DNA of 58,239 nucleotides from Candidatus Omnitrophota bacterium (GTDB taxonomy: Bacteria > Omnitrophota > Gorgyraeia > Gygaellales > Profunditerraquicolaceae). The stretch spans positions 1 through 58,239 of the forward strand of contig JAQUOV010000010.1 of NCBI GenBank assembly GCA_028716965.1, read 5' to 3'. Positions 41,713 through 52,361 of the stretch are shown piece by piece. Under the pieces are notes generated by a model. That model searched no databases, was not told the DNA's origin, and saw only the letters and a program-made list of their open reading frames with translations. Each line of letters begins with the position of its first letter. The stretch's first letter is position 1. Position numbers and translations under genes: made by a program.

Positions 41713-43251
41713 ATGGACATTAATGAAATTATCCAGCAAAGAATCGCCAAATTAGAGGCGCTTACAGAGAAAAAAGTGCCTTTGTATCCTGCTTACGTGC
41801 CGGATCATGGTACTATTGGCCAGGCTTTAGCCGATTTTGAAGAGGGCAGGAAGGTTGCGCTCTGCGGAAGGATTACGGCTAACCGCAGCCACGGCAAAGT
41901 CAATTTCATGGATTTAAAAGACGCTACCGGTAAGATCCAGCTTTATCTCAAGCGTGATGTCGTGGGAGAGGAAAATGCCGCGCTCATTGAGCAGTTGGAT
42001 ATTGCCGATATTATAAGCGTGCAGGGCGAACTTTTTAAGACGCACACCGGCGAGTTTACGGTCAAGGTACTTGATCTTATGGTATTAGCTAAGTCTTTGC
42101 GGCCTTTGCCTGAAAAGTGGCATGGTTTAAGAGACGTGGAGCTGCGTTACAGGCAGCGTTACCTGGACCTGCTTTCCAATGAAGATGTAAAAAAAGTGTT
42201 TTTATTGCGTGCCAAGATTATCCGGGCAATCCGTAACTACCTTGACGAAAAAGGATTCCTCGAGGTAGAGACCCCGATGATGCATGATATTGCCGGAGGC
42301 GCCGCAGGCAGGCCTTTTAAAACATTCCATAATGAGTATACCATGGATTTGTATTTGAGGATTGCCCCGGAGCTGTACCTGAAACGCCTGTTGGTGGGCG
42401 GGCTTGACCGGGTTTATGAGATCAACCGTTCTTTCCGTAATGAAGGCGTATCTACCCGGCATAACCCGGAGTTTACCATGCTTGAGGTTTATCAGTCTTA
42501 CACGGATTACGAAGGCATGATCAAATTGACCCAGGATTTAATTTGTTCTGTGGCATCCGAGGTATTGGGTAAAGAAGAGCTGGTTTATCAGGGCAAGGCT
42601 ATTTCCCTTAAAACACCCTGGAACAGGCAGTCATTTGCCGGTTTAGTCAAAGACAGGTTCGGCATAGAACCGTCTGACAGCCCTGCTGATATGCTTGAGA
42701 AATTACAGGCCAAGGGGTTTGCCAGGGACAAAGCCCGCCTGAGCCGTTCACAGATTAATAAGATTATTGAAGATACGCTGGAGGAGGGGTTGCAGGTTAA
42801 CCCGGTATTTATCACGGATTATTTTACCAGTCTTTGCCCGCTGGCCAAGGCGAAGAAAGATAATTCCCTGATTTCGGAAAGGTTTGAGCTTTATGTGGCG
42901 GGGATGGAGATCGCTAACGCCTACTCGGAGTTAAACAACCCTCTTGAGCAGCGTAAGCGTTTTGAAGAAGAGATCAGGGAGCTTAACGCCGAGGAAAATC
43001 AGTTAGAGAACGATGGTTCGGATTCCGGTAGCCGAAGCCATCAGTTAGAGAACGATGGTTCGGATTCCGGTAGCCGAAGCCAAAAGAATGTGGACGATGA
43101 TTACCTCTTAGCTTTAGAACATGGGATGCCTCCGGCAGGAGGGTTGGGTATAGGTATTGACAGATTGATTATGCTGCTTACAGATCAGCCTTCGATTCGG
43201 GATGTGATCTTGTTCCCGCTGTTGAGAAAGCAAGAAGAGGCTGAAGGATAA
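41713..43251 (+). CDS. lysS: Lysine--tRNA ligase (class II)
   Basis: OB-fold N-domain. Motif 2 ..FRNEGVSTRHNPEFTMLE.. Motif 3 ..GGLGIGIDRLIMLL.. It carries an in-frame 2 x 14-aa repeat. Confidence 0.95.
   Translation: MDINEIIQQRIAKLEALTEKKVPLYPAYVPDHGTIGQALADFEEGRKVALCGRITANRSHGKVNFMDLKDATGKIQLYLKRDVVGEENAALIEQLDIADIISVQGELFKTHTGEFTVKVLDLMVLAKSLRPLPEKWHGLRDVELRYRQRYLDLLSNEDVKKVFLLRAKIIRAIRNYLDEKGFLEVETPMMHDIAGGAAGRPFKTFHNEYTMDLYLRIAPELYLKRLLVGGLDRVYEINRSFRNEGVSTRHNPEFTMLEVYQSYTDYEGMIKLTQDLICSVASEVLGKEELVYQGKAISLKTPWNRQSFAGLVKDRFGIEPSDSPADMLEKLQAKGFARDKARLSRSQINKIIEDTLEEGLQVNPVFITDYFTSLCPLAKAKKDNSLISERFELYVAGMEIANAYSELNNPLEQRKRFEEEIRELNAEENQLENDGSDSGSRSHQLENDGSDSGSRSQKNVDDDYLLALEHGMPPAGGLGIGIDRLIMLLTDQPSIRDVILFPLLRKQEEAEG
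42998..43081 (+). repeat. Exact 42-bp tandem duplication inside lysS (units 42998-43039 and 43040-43081)
   Basis: The two units are identical base for base. They encode QLENDGSDSGSRS(H/Q) twice. Confidence 0.95.
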
Positions 43252-43252
43252 T

Positions 43253-44464
43253 ATGCTTGCGGAGTTGTGGCTTAGCCAGAAATACCTGAGGGCGGGGAAG
43301 AGGGAGAAGATTATTTCCATAACCGCGCTTATCTCCATGGTCGGTATTGCCATCGGGGTGCTGGTTTTAATAGTGGTAATTTCGGTGATGAGCGGGTTTG
43401 ACCGGTTCCTTGAAGATAAAATGGTCGGCACTAACGCGCATATGTCGCTTGAATTTTATGGCGGCACAAAAGAGCCTGACCAGGTAATCGATAAACTAAA
43501 GACTCTGCCTTATGTTGAAGGAGTGTCCCCTTTTATTAACGGCCAGGCCCTGGTAAAGAGCGGGAAGTCTATTTTTGGGGTGGAGGTGCGCGGGATTGAC
43601 CCGAAGCTGCAGGCGCAGACCTCAAAGATAAACGAATACCTGAAATTGGGAAGTTATGATTTCTCCGGTAACGAGGTTGCGGTAGGCCAGGAATTTGCCA
43701 TGCGTTTGGGTTTGGGTATAGGGGACCTGATCAGCCTGGTTTCCCCGGTTACCCTTGCCAAAACCGATTTCCGGATCAAGGGTATTTTTAACAGCGGCAT
43801 GTATCTTTATGACTCAAGCCTGATATTAACCGGTATCAAAGGGGCGCAGGATTTTTACAAGATGCCCGATACGGTAAGCGGGCTGGCAGTGAAGGTGGAT
43901 AATGTTTATAAGGTGGAGGATATAAAAGAAAAACTTTATCGGGATTTAACCGGCGTCGGACCATACCAGGTGCGCACATGGATAGACGCCAACAAGAATT
44001 TCCTGGAGGCTTTGAAACTGGAAAAGGTAGTCATGTTTATCGTGGTGACCATGACCACGGTGGTGGCGGCATTCGGGATTGTAAGCACGCTGATCATGTC
44101 GGTAATGAGCAGGATTAAGGATATCGGCATACTGCGTTCAGTAGGCGCCAGGACTAAAAACATATTGCAGATTTTTGTCTTTCAGGGGTTATCTATCGGT
44201 ATCGCCGGGATCCTGCTGGGGCTATCCGGGGGGATATCATTGTCGCTTTCCCTGGACAAGGTGGTGGATTTTATATCACGGATCATCGGCAGGAGCCTGA
44301 TCCCGAAAGATATATATTATTTTGACCGTATCCCGGTCAATATAAACATCGGGGATATCAACTTGATTGTCTTGTGCGCTTTGGCAATAACTTTAGCCGC
44401 CAGCATTTATCCGGCGTACTACGCCACCAGGATAATTCCCAGCGAGGCAGTGCGGCATGAATAA
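43253..44464 (+). CDS. lolC: Lipoprotein-releasing system permease (LolC/LolE family, FtsX-type)
   Basis: N-terminal ..LSQKYLRAGKREKIISITALISMVGIAIGV.., a MacB-like periplasmic domain, and a C-terminal FtsX 3-TM region. Confidence 0.85.
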   Translation: MLAELWLSQKYLRAGKREKIISITALISMVGIAIGVLVLIVVISVMSGFDRFLEDKMVGTNAHMSLEFYGGTKEPDQVIDKLKTLPYVEGVSPFINGQALVKSGKSIFGVEVRGIDPKLQAQTSKINEYLKLGSYDFSGNEVAVGQEFAMRLGLGIGDLISLVSPVTLAKTDFRIKGIFNSGMYLYDSSLILTGIKGAQDFYKMPDTVSGLAVKVDNVYKVEDIKEKLYRDLTGVGPYQVRTWIDANKNFLEALKLEKVVMFIVVTMTTVVAAFGIVSTLIMSVMSRIKDIGILRSVGARTKNILQIFVFQGLSIGIAGILLGLSGGISLSLSLDKVVDFISRIIGRSLIPKDIYYFDRIPVNINIGDINLIVLCALAITLAASIYPAYYATRIIPSEAVRHE

Positions 44465-45137
44465 GGATATGATCAAGGTCAGCGGAATCTGTAAAAGCTA
44501 CCGCGATAGCGCAAGCAGCCTGGAAGTTTTAAGAGATATAAATTTTACAGTAGGTGCAGGCGAGTTCCTGGCTATCCAGGGACCTTCCGGAGCCGGGAAG
44601 TCCACGCTTTTGCATATTTTAGGCGGCCTGGATAACCCTACTGGCGGTACGGTTTATTTTGAAGGCGCGGATATCTACGGCCTGGATGAAAACGCGCGCG
44701 CTCTTTTTCGTAACCGCAAAGTAGGTTTTGTTTTTCAGTTTTTCCATCTCCTGCCGGAGCTGACTGCTTTGGAAAATGTCTTGTTGCCGAGCATCTTAAG
44801 GTCATGGTGGGGCAGAAAGAAAGATTTAGAGTTTGCCCGCCAGCTTTTAGCAAGGCTTGGTCTATCCCAGAGGCTTGTACATAAACCCGCGGCTTTATCA
44901 GGCGGAGAGCAGCAGAGGGTAGCTATTGCCAGGGCATTGATTAACCGGCCGCATCTTTTGCTTTGCGATGAGCCTACCGGCAACCTGGACTCTGAAAACG
45001 GCGAGAATATACTGCATTTGCTGAAGGAGTTTAACCGGGAGGAAAAAATCACTGTTTTAATAGTTACTCATGATAAAGATATCGCCGGCAGCGCAGGCAG
45101 GATAATCCACTTGAAGGACGGGGCAGTATTTAATTAG
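44457..45137 (+). CDS. lolD: Lipoprotein-releasing system ATP-binding protein
   Basis: GPSGAGKST, LSGGEQQRVAIARAL, LLLCDEPTGNLD. 8-nt overlap with lolC. Confidence 0.85.
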   Translation: MNKDMIKVSGICKSYRDSASSLEVLRDINFTVGAGEFLAIQGPSGAGKSTLLHILGGLDNPTGGTVYFEGADIYGLDENARALFRNRKVGFVFQFFHLLPELTALENVLLPSILRSWWGRKKDLEFARQLLARLGLSQRLVHKPAALSGGEQQRVAIARALINRPHLLLCDEPTGNLDSENGENILHLLKEFNREEKITVLIVTHDKDIAGSAGRIIHLKDGAVFN

Positions 45138-45147
45138 GGAGGCAGCG

Positions 45148-46017
45148 ATGAGAATTTATATAAACGGGAAATTTTATGATAAAGAAAATGCGAAGATATC
45201 TGTCTTTGACCACGGGCTTTTATACGGGGACGGCGTCTTTGAGGGGATCAGGGTTTACAACCGCCTGGTTTTTAAATTAAATGAGCACATTGACCGCCTC
45301 TATGAGTCTGCCCACAGCATCATGCTTAAGATCCCCTTGAGCAAGGAGCAGATGATCAAGGCAATCGTCTCGACGCTAAAAGAGAACAAGCTCACGGACG
45401 CATATATCCGCCTTATAGCGACAAGAGGCGAAGGTGACCTGGGGCTTGACCCCAGAAAATGCGCCGGCAAAGAAACAATCATCGTGATCGCCGACAAGAT
45501 CTCCCTGTATCCGCAGAGGCTTTACAGGGAAGGGATGAATATTATTACGGTTTCTACTACCAGGAATGCGCATGAGGCCTTGAATCCCCAGATAAAATCC
45601 CTTAATTACCTCAACAATATAATGGCGAAGATTGAGGCGACGAATTGCGGATATGAAGAAGCATTAATGTTAAACGATTCCGGGTATGTGGCCGAATGCA
45701 CTGGCGATAATATCTTTATCCTGAAAGAAAATGAACTTTACACGCCCCCTGAATGCATGGGCGCGCTTAGCGGGGTTACCCGCCAGACCGTGCTGGAGAT
45801 TGCCAGGGGCAGTAAAATGCCGACACACGAACACGTGTTTACCCGCCATGAACTTTATGTAGCTGACGAGTGTTTTCTTACTGGTACAGCCGCAGAGATA
45901 ATCCCCGTGGTCAAGGTTGACGGCAGGCTTATCGGGGACGGCAAGCCCGGCAGGCTTACTTTGCTCTTGATGAAAAAATTCAGGGAGCTTACCCGTAAAG
46001 AAGGGGTAAAATATTAA
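45148..46017 (+). CDS. ilvE: Branched-chain amino acid aminotransferase (fold type IV)
   Basis: 289 aa. HGLLYGDGVFEGIRVY, YIRLIATRGEGDLGLDP, IKSLNYLNN, EATNCGYEEALML. Confidence 0.85.
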   Translation: MRIYINGKFYDKENAKISVFDHGLLYGDGVFEGIRVYNRLVFKLNEHIDRLYESAHSIMLKIPLSKEQMIKAIVSTLKENKLTDAYIRLIATRGEGDLGLDPRKCAGKETIIVIADKISLYPQRLYREGMNIITVSTTRNAHEALNPQIKSLNYLNNIMAKIEATNCGYEEALMLNDSGYVAECTGDNIFILKENELYTPPECMGALSGVTRQTVLEIARGSKMPTHEHVFTRHELYVADECFLTGTAAEIIPVVKVDGRLIGDGKPGRLTLLLMKKFRELTRKEGVKY

Positions 46018-46018
46018 T

Positions 46019-46528
46019 ATGCTTTGTGATATTTGCAAGAAAAACCCGGCAACCGTGCATCTGACCGAGATCATCGATGAGCAGATGAATGAATTGCATT
46101 TGTGCGAGGATTGCGCAAGGCACAAGAGCGCGGCTATGGAGCAGCAGTTTGGTTTAAGCGAGCTCTTGGCCGGCATGGCTGATTTTGAGAAACCGGATAA
46201 AGTGGAAGAGAATGTTGCCGCCAAGTGCCCTAATTGCGGCCTGACCTACGCGGATTTCAAGAAGGTCGGCAGGCTCGGCTGCGGGGAATGTTATAATATT
46301 TTCCGTAAGTACCTGGCTCCTTTATTAAAGAGGATACACGGCTCAAGCCAGCACGTGGGTAAAGCTCCGCTTGAGGGCAGGGTTATTTCAAAGCCGGGGA
46401 AGAAGAAAACAGATTCAGAAGAGCTTAAGCAGCAGCTGCAAAAGGCGATCCAGCGGGAAGATTTTGAAGAAGCTGCGCGGCTGCGCGATCAGATCAAGAA
46501 AATTTCATCGGGACAGGATAATATTTAG
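46019..46528 (+). CDS. mcsA: Protein-arginine kinase activator McsA (zinc-finger / UVR motif protein)
   Basis: CDICKKNPA..LCEDCA and CPNCG..GCGECY zinc-finger pairs. C-terminal UVR motif EDFEEAARLRDQIKK. Confidence 0.85.
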   Translation: MLCDICKKNPATVHLTEIIDEQMNELHLCEDCARHKSAAMEQQFGLSELLAGMADFEKPDKVEENVAAKCPNCGLTYADFKKVGRLGCGECYNIFRKYLAPLLKRIHGSSQHVGKAPLEGRVISKPGKKKTDSEELKQQLQKAIQREDFEEAARLRDQIKKISSGQDNI

Positions 46529-46568
46529 AGTTTTTCTTATACCGGCGAAGGACAAAAGAAGGTCAAAG

Positions 46569-47621
46569 ATGAATATAAGCGATTTATTAAACCATACCAG
46601 TGAATGGCTAAAGGGCACGGGCCCAAATTCCGATATTGTTATCTCAAGCAGGATACGCCTTGCCAGGAACCTCGCTAAATATCCTTTCCCGCACTGGGCA
46701 AATAAAGTACAGCTTGAAGAGGTGCTCTTAAAAGCAAGCCAGGCCATGACAAAGACCGATATGCTTAAAAGGTCCACGCTTTTCAGGCTTGCGGACCTGG
46801 ATGCCATCGATAAGCAGTTTTTGATTGAAAGGCACCTTATGTCAATCGAGCACTCCCAGAAAACAGAGCAGAAGGCGGTGCTGGTTGATGACGAAGAGAT
46901 AATTTCGGTAATGATTAATGAGGAGGACCATCTGCGTATACAATTAATGCAGTCGGGGTTTAATCTCTTTGAATCCTGGAATATTATTAACCGGCTTGAT
47001 GATGCCTTATCCGGACTTTTAAATTACGCGTATTTAGATGATTTCGGCTATCTTACCGCCTGTCCGACTAACACCGGGACCGGTATGCGCGGCTCGGTAA
47101 TGCTGCATCTGCCTGCCCTGGTGATGAGCCGGCAGATCGAACGCGTGCTGGCGGCGATCGCAAAATTAAGCTTTACTACCCGCGGGCTTTACGGTGAAGG
47201 CACGCAGGCAAGCGGGAATTTCTTCCAGATCTCCAACCAGGTTTCCCTGGGGCATGGGGAGAACGAGATAATTGAAAATATCAACGGGCTTATCCGCCAG
47301 ATCATCGAGCAGGAGACCCAGGCGCGCCAGATACTGCTTTCCAAAAACCGGGAGGTGCTGGAGGACAGGGTCAATCGTTCGTTAGGTATTTTAAAAAGCG
47401 CGCGTATTATTACCAGCCAGGAGACGATCGAGTTGTTATCTATGGTCAGGCTGGGAAGCGACCTGGGGATGATCAAGGATATTGACCGGCGGACGATCAA
47501 CGAGCTTTTTATCACTACCCAGCCGGCGCATTTGCAGAAACTGGAAAATAAGAAACTTTCTTCCGATGAAAGGGATTTGAAAAGGGCGCAGCTTATACGC
47601 AAGAAACTGAACCTATTATAA
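46569..47621 (+). CDS. mcsB: Protein arginine kinase McsB
   Basis: The in-frame ATG at 46569 gives ..VISSRIRLARNLAKYPFP... NEEDHLRIQ and CPTNTGTGMRGSVMLHLP are phosphagen-kinase-like motifs. The track's longer ORF overlaps mcsA. Confidence 0.9.
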   Translation: MNISDLLNHTSEWLKGTGPNSDIVISSRIRLARNLAKYPFPHWANKVQLEEVLLKASQAMTKTDMLKRSTLFRLADLDAIDKQFLIERHLMSIEHSQKTEQKAVLVDDEEIISVMINEEDHLRIQLMQSGFNLFESWNIINRLDDALSGLLNYAYLDDFGYLTACPTNTGTGMRGSVMLHLPALVMSRQIERVLAAIAKLSFTTRGLYGEGTQASGNFFQISNQVSLGHGENEIIENINGLIRQIIEQETQARQILLSKNREVLEDRVNRSLGILKSARIITSQETIELLSMVRLGSDLGMIKDIDRRTINELFITTQPAHLQKLENKKLSSDERDLKRAQLIRKKLNLL

Positions 47622-47642
47622 ATAAAAATAAGAGGAGAAATC

Positions 47643-50060
47643 ATGTTTAATCGTTTTACGGAGAGAGCAAGGAAGGTAATTATTCTGGCGAAAGAAGAGG
47701 CCAGGCGTTTTAACCACGATTATATCGGTACCGAGCATATATTGCTCGGCTTAGTCCGTGAAGGGGAAGGTGTGGCTGCTGCGGTACTGCAGAAGCTTGA
47801 GGTTTCGCTTGAGAATATCAGGCTGGAGATTGAAAAACTGGTGCAGCCCGGACCGACGACGCAGATTATCGGGGATATCCCTTTTACCCCGCGTGCCAAA
47901 AAAGCCCTGGAGCTGGCGGCTGAAGAGGCGCGTTCCTTGGGGCATAATTATATCGGTACCGAGCACCTGTTGCTGGGCTTAATCCGCGAAGGCGAAGGCA
48001 TTGCTTCGCAGGTATTGCTAAATTTAGGCATGGATTTAAACTCCGTGCGTAATGAAGTAATGGGGCTTTTAGGTTCTGCTTTGCCGGGGATGAACCAGCC
48101 CGGGCAGCAGGCCAAAACAAAAACTCCCGCTTTAGATGCATTTGGCCGGGACCTTACTGCGTTGGCGCGGGAGAATAAGCTGGACCCGGTAATCGACCGC
48201 GTACAGGAGATCGAGCGGGTAATCCAGGTTTTAAGCCGGCGTACCAAGAATAATCCCGTGCTTTTAGGAGAGGCGGGGGTAGGCAAAACAGCTATTGTTG
48301 AAGGCCTGGCCCAGTCAATCATACTTGGCAATGTCCCCGAAGTCTTAAGGGGCAAGCGCATCGTGGTCCTGGATTTGGCGTTGATGGTCGCAGGGACCAA
48401 ATACCGCGGCCAGTTTGAGGAAAGAATCAAGGCCATTATGGAGGAGATCAAGCGTTCGCAGGATGTCATCATTTTTATCGATGAGCTGCATACTCTGGTG
48501 GGCGCAGGAGCTGCGGAAGGGGCAATTGATGCCTCAAATATTATGAAGCCGGCGCTTTCCCGCGGGGAGATGCAGTGCATCGGCGCAACTACTTTGGATG
48601 AATACCGCAAATATATTGAGAAAGACGCTGCTTTGGAACGCAGGTTTCAGACGATTATGGTTGAGCCTCCGACCGTTGAACAGACCATTAAAATCTTAAA
48701 AGGCCTGCGCGATAAATACGAAGCGCATCACCGGGTCTCCTTTAGCGATGAGTCGCTTGAGGCGGCGGCAAAATTATCCGACCGTTATATCTCCGGAAGG
48801 TTTATGCCGGATAAGGCGATTGATTTAATTGATGAAGCTGGCTCGCGCGCCCGTTTGAATGTTTTAATCGTCCCTCCGGAGATTAAAAAGCTTGAGGCCA
48901 ATGTTGAGTCATTGCGGAAGGAAAAGGAGTCTTATATAAAGAGCCAGGATTTTGAAAAAGCCGCCTCTTTAAGGGACCAGGAACGCATTGCCCGGCAGGA
49001 ACTGGAGAAATTGAATAAAGAGTGGGGCCAGGCGAAAGATAAGATGCGCCCGGAGGTGACCGCTGAAGATATCGCCAAGATTGTGGCACAATGGACAGGG
49101 ATCCCCACATTCCGGCTGGAAGAAAAGGAAAGTGAAAAGCTGCTTAAGATCGAAGAGGAATTGCATAAACGCGTAGTCGGGCAAAACGAGGCCATTGAGG
49201 CCATTGCCCACGCGGTGAGGCGCTCGCGCGCCAGGATAAAGGACCCAAGGCGGCCTATCGGCTCATTCGTATTCTTAGGCCCCACCGGTGTGGGAAAGAC
49301 CCTTCTGGCCCGGGCATTGGCGGAGTTCATGTTTGGCGATGAGGACGCGTTGTTACAGCTGGATATGTCTGAATATATGGAGAAATTCAATGTCTCAAGG
49401 TTGATCGGCGCCCCTCCGGGGTATGTGGGGTATGAGGAGGGCGGACAGCTCACCGAGCGCGTGCGCCGCAGGCCTTACGCGGTCATACTTTTGGATGAGA
49501 TTGAAAAAGCCCACCCCGATGTTTTTAACCTGTTGCTTCAGGTTTTTGAGGAAGGCAGGCTTACCGACAGCTTCGGCCGCAAGGTGGATTTTAAGAATAC
49601 GATCATTATCATGACCTCCAATATCGGAGCGGAATTAATCCGTAAGACCGGCTCTCTTGGTTTTAAAACTCAAAAAGAAGAGCTCACTTACCAGGATATG
49701 AAGGAAAAACTGCTGGAAGCAGTAAAGCATGCTTTTAAGCCGGAGTTCTTAAACCGTATTGATGATATCATCGTATTCAGGCAGCTGGTCAAGGAGGACC
49801 TGATGCGTATCATTGATATTGAGATCGGTTATGTAGCCGAACGCCTAAAGGAGCAGAATATATCTTTAGAGGTCAGCAGTGAAGCCAAGGAGTTCCTGAT
49901 TGAAAAGGGGTTTGACCCGGTTTTTGGCGCGCGTCCTTTGAAGAGGACCATCCAGAGATATATGGAAGATTCTCTGGCCCAGGAGATCATTTCAAAGAAA
50001 TATAAGGAGGGTTCTTCAGTCAAGGTAACCCGCAAGAATGAAGAGCTTGTTTTTGAATAA
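47643..50060 (+). CDS. clpC: ATP-dependent Clp protease ATP-binding subunit ClpC
   Basis: Two Clp_N repeats; Walker [10 protein letters not shown] and GPTGVGKT; a UVR-like middle domain (..[12 protein letters not shown]..). 805 aa. Confidence 0.95.
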   Translation: MFNRFTERARKVIILAKEEARRFNHDYIGTEHILLGLVREGEGVAAAVLQKLEVSLENIRLEIEKLVQPGPTTQIIGDIPFTPRAKKALELAAEEARSLGHNYIGTEHLLLGLIREGEGIASQVLLNLGMDLNSVRNEVMGLLGSALPGMNQPGQQAKTKTPALDAFGRDLTALARENKLDPVIDRVQEIERVIQVLSRRTKNNPVLLGEAGVGKTAIVEGLAQSIILGNVPEVLRGKRIVVLDLALMVAGTKYRGQFEERIKAIMEEIKRSQDVIIFIDELHTLVGAGAAEGAIDASNIMKPALSRGEMQCIGATTLDEYRKYIEKDAALERRFQTIMVEPPTVEQTIKILKGLRDKYEAHHRVSFSDESLEAAAKLSDRYISGRFMPDKAIDLIDEAGSRARLNVLIVPPEIKKLEANVESLRKEKESYIKSQDFEKAASLRDQERIARQELEKLNKEWGQAKDKMRPEVTAEDIAKIVAQWTGIPTFRLEEKESEKLLKIEEELHKRVVGQNEAIEAIAHAVRRSRARIKDPRRPIGSFVFLGPTGVGKTLLARALAEFMFGDEDALLQLDMSEYMEKFNVSRLIGAPPGYVGYEEGGQLTERVRRRPYAVILLDEIEKAHPDVFNLLLQVFEEGRLTDSFGRKVDFKNTIIIMTSNIGAELIRKTGSLGFKTQKEELTYQDMKEKLLEAVKHAFKPEFLNRIDDIIVFRQLVKEDLMRIIDIEIGYVAERLKEQNISLEVSSEAKEFLIEKGFDPVFGARPLKRTIQRYMEDSLAQEIISKKYKEGSSVKVTRKNEELVFE

Positions 50061-50845
50061 TGTTTACTTTATTCTTTATAGATTTAGGCCGTAAAGTACT
50101 TTCTTTTATGTACTTCTTCGGCGGACTGGCCAACCTTGCCGGCCAGACCATTTATCTGACGTTTAAGCCGCCGTATAAATACGGCCGTATAGTTGAACAG
50201 GCAAAGAAAGCAGGCTATGACAGCTTCCCCATTGTTTCGCTGGTTGCCTTGTTCATCGGTTTTATCTTTGCTTTGCAGACGGCATATTTTATGCAGCGTA
50301 TAGGCTCGGAGATGTATATCGCCAGCCTTGTGGCCTTATCTATCGTGCGCGAACTGGGCCCTGTAATTACCGCTTTAGTGGTAGCCGGAAGGGTGGGGGC
50401 ATCTAATACCGCGGAGTTAGGCTCCATGCAGGTTACGGAGCAGATAGATGCTTTAGAGACCCTGGCTACTAACCCCGTAAAATATTTAGTGGTCCCCCGT
50501 TTTGTGGCATTGGGGCTGATGCTGCCTATTTTGACCTTGTATGCTAATATCATCGGTATCTTAGGCAGTTATCTTATTTGTGTAATAAAGTTAGGCATTA
50601 CCAGCAGCATGTACATGCATGTTACCTTCTCATCGCTGCTTTATAAAGATCTGTTTACCGGTTTATTTAAATCCTGGATCTTCGGGATGCTTATCGCTTT
50701 GATCAGTTGTTATGAAGGTTTTAATGTTGAAGGCGGCGCAGCGGGCGTAGGCAGGGCGACGACACGTTCGGTAGTCTTTACTTTCATTATGATTATCGCC
50801 GCGGATTGCTTCTTCACCGCCTTATTCTATTTTATTTTACCTTAG
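50060..50845 (+). CDS. mlaE: MlaE-family ABC transporter permease
   Basis: ..VRELGPVITALVVAGRVGASNTAELGSMQVTEQIDALE.. is the MlaE signature region. TAATG overlap with clpC. Confidence 0.85.
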   Translation: MFTLFFIDLGRKVLSFMYFFGGLANLAGQTIYLTFKPPYKYGRIVEQAKKAGYDSFPIVSLVALFIGFIFALQTAYFMQRIGSEMYIASLVALSIVRELGPVITALVVAGRVGASNTAELGSMQVTEQIDALETLATNPVKYLVVPRFVALGLMLPILTLYANIIGILGSYLICVIKLGITSSMYMHVTFSSLLYKDLFTGLFKSWIFGMLIALISCYEGFNVEGGAAGVGRATTRSVVFTFIMIIAADCFFTALFYFILP

Positions 50846-51610
50846 ATGATGATCACAATCCAGAATTTGCACAAAGCATTCAATAATTCCCCGGTCTTGA
50901 ATGGCTTAAACCTGAATATCAGCAAAGGGCAAACCTGTGTAATTATCGGGAGAAGCGGATGCGGAAAATCCGTTTTACTCAAGCATATCGTCGGGCTTCT
51001 AAAACCCGAACAGGGAAAAGTCCTGGTCAATCAGAAAGAGGTAGCTGCTTTGAATGAGCTGGAATTAAGCGCCCTGCGTTTTAAGATCAGCATGGTATTC
51101 CAGGGGGGTGCCCTTTTTGATTCAATGAACGTTGCCGAAAACATCGGTTTTAGTCTTATTGAACATACGCATACCGGCCAGAAAGAATTATCGGAAAGAG
51201 TGGAGGAGTCTTTGGCTTTGGTAGGTTTGGGCGGCATAGGCAACCTTATGCCTTCAGAATTAAGCGGAGGCATGAAGAAACGCGTGGCCCTGGCGCGGGC
51301 AATCTGCATACGCCCGGAGATCATCCTTTACGATGAACCGACCACAGGCATAGACCCTATAGCCGCAGATAGTATCAATGAGCTTATACGTTCTTTGCAT
51401 GATAAATTGAAGGTTACCTCTATTGTCGTCACGCATGACATGAAGAGCGCCTACCACATTGCCGATAAGATCGCGATGATGTACAAAGGTAAAATAATCC
51501 TGGAAGGTTCACCCAAAGAGATCCGGGAGTCCAGGAACCCGGTAGTGCATCAGTTTATTAACGGCCTTTCCAAAGGGCCGATAACTGAAGCGGTGGATAC
51601 TTTTAAATAA
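50846..51610 (+). CDS. mlaF: MlaF-type ABC transporter ATP-binding protein
   Basis: GRSGCGKS, LSGGMKKRVALARA, ILYDEPTTGIDP. Confidence 0.85.
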   Translation: MMITIQNLHKAFNNSPVLNGLNLNISKGQTCVIIGRSGCGKSVLLKHIVGLLKPEQGKVLVNQKEVAALNELELSALRFKISMVFQGGALFDSMNVAENIGFSLIEHTHTGQKELSERVEESLALVGLGGIGNLMPSELSGGMKKRVALARAICIRPEIILYDEPTTGIDPIAADSINELIRSLHDKLKVTSIVVTHDMKSAYHIADKIAMMYKGKIILEGSPKEIRESRNPVVHQFINGLSKGPITEAVDTFK

Positions 51611-51669
51611 GCCACACCGCGCTTATTAAGGACTTGCGCGGGCGTGCTTTTGTAAGCAAGGAGGTTTAG

Positions 51670-52284
51670 ATGCTATTCGGTAAAACCAAATTAGAATTAA
51701 AGGTCGGGGTCTTTGTCTTTATAGGCTTGGTCATCCTGGTTATTTTTATCTTGTCAATCGGCGGGTTTAAAACCTGGAGTTCAGGTTATCATATCAACAT
51801 CAGCTTTAATTTTGTAAACGGAGTTAAGGTCGGAGCGCCGGTGCGTTTTGCCGGAGTGGATGTGGGGGAGGTAAAGAGCGTGAAGCTGGAGTTTGTCCCG
51901 GAAGAAAACCGTTCAAATGTCAACCTGAATATCTGGATCAGGGATATTATCAAGATACCTTCGGATTCCTCTGTATGGGTAAATACACTGGGACTATTGG
52001 GCGAAAAGTATGTTGAGATAATGCCGGGCAGCGATTATGCCAATTCCGTTAAGGCTAACGGAATCCTGGTGGGAGTTGACCCGCTGCCTATCCATCAGCT
52101 GTTCAGGAACGCCGAAAATATTTTGCATAACCTGGATGACGGGATCGCCAAAATAAAGAATAAAGAAGGTTCATTAGGGAAGTTCATTTATGACGATACT
52201 ATTTATGATCAAATGGAAGCCCTGGTGACCGATGTGCGCAAGAACCCCTGGAAGTTGTTTATCAGGACTAAAGAAAAGAAATAA
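51670..52284 (+). CDS. mlaD: MlaD/MCE-family substrate-binding protein
   Basis: N-terminal TM anchor. MCE domain ..GVKVGAPVRFAGVDVGEVKSV.. Confidence 0.8.
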   Translation: MLFGKTKLELKVGVFVFIGLVILVIFILSIGGFKTWSSGYHINISFNFVNGVKVGAPVRFAGVDVGEVKSVKLEFVPEENRSNVNLNIWIRDIIKIPSDSSVWVNTLGLLGEKYVEIMPGSDYANSVKANGILVGVDPLPIHQLFRNAENILHNLDDGIAKIKNKEGSLGKFIYDDTIYDQMEALVTDVRKNPWKLFIRTKEKK

Positions 52285-52361
52285 TCTACCCCGCCCCTTC
52301 TTTAATTTAAATAATTAGAAGGCGCAGGGCTTAGAATTAATGAATAAAGAGAAGGTGCGGG

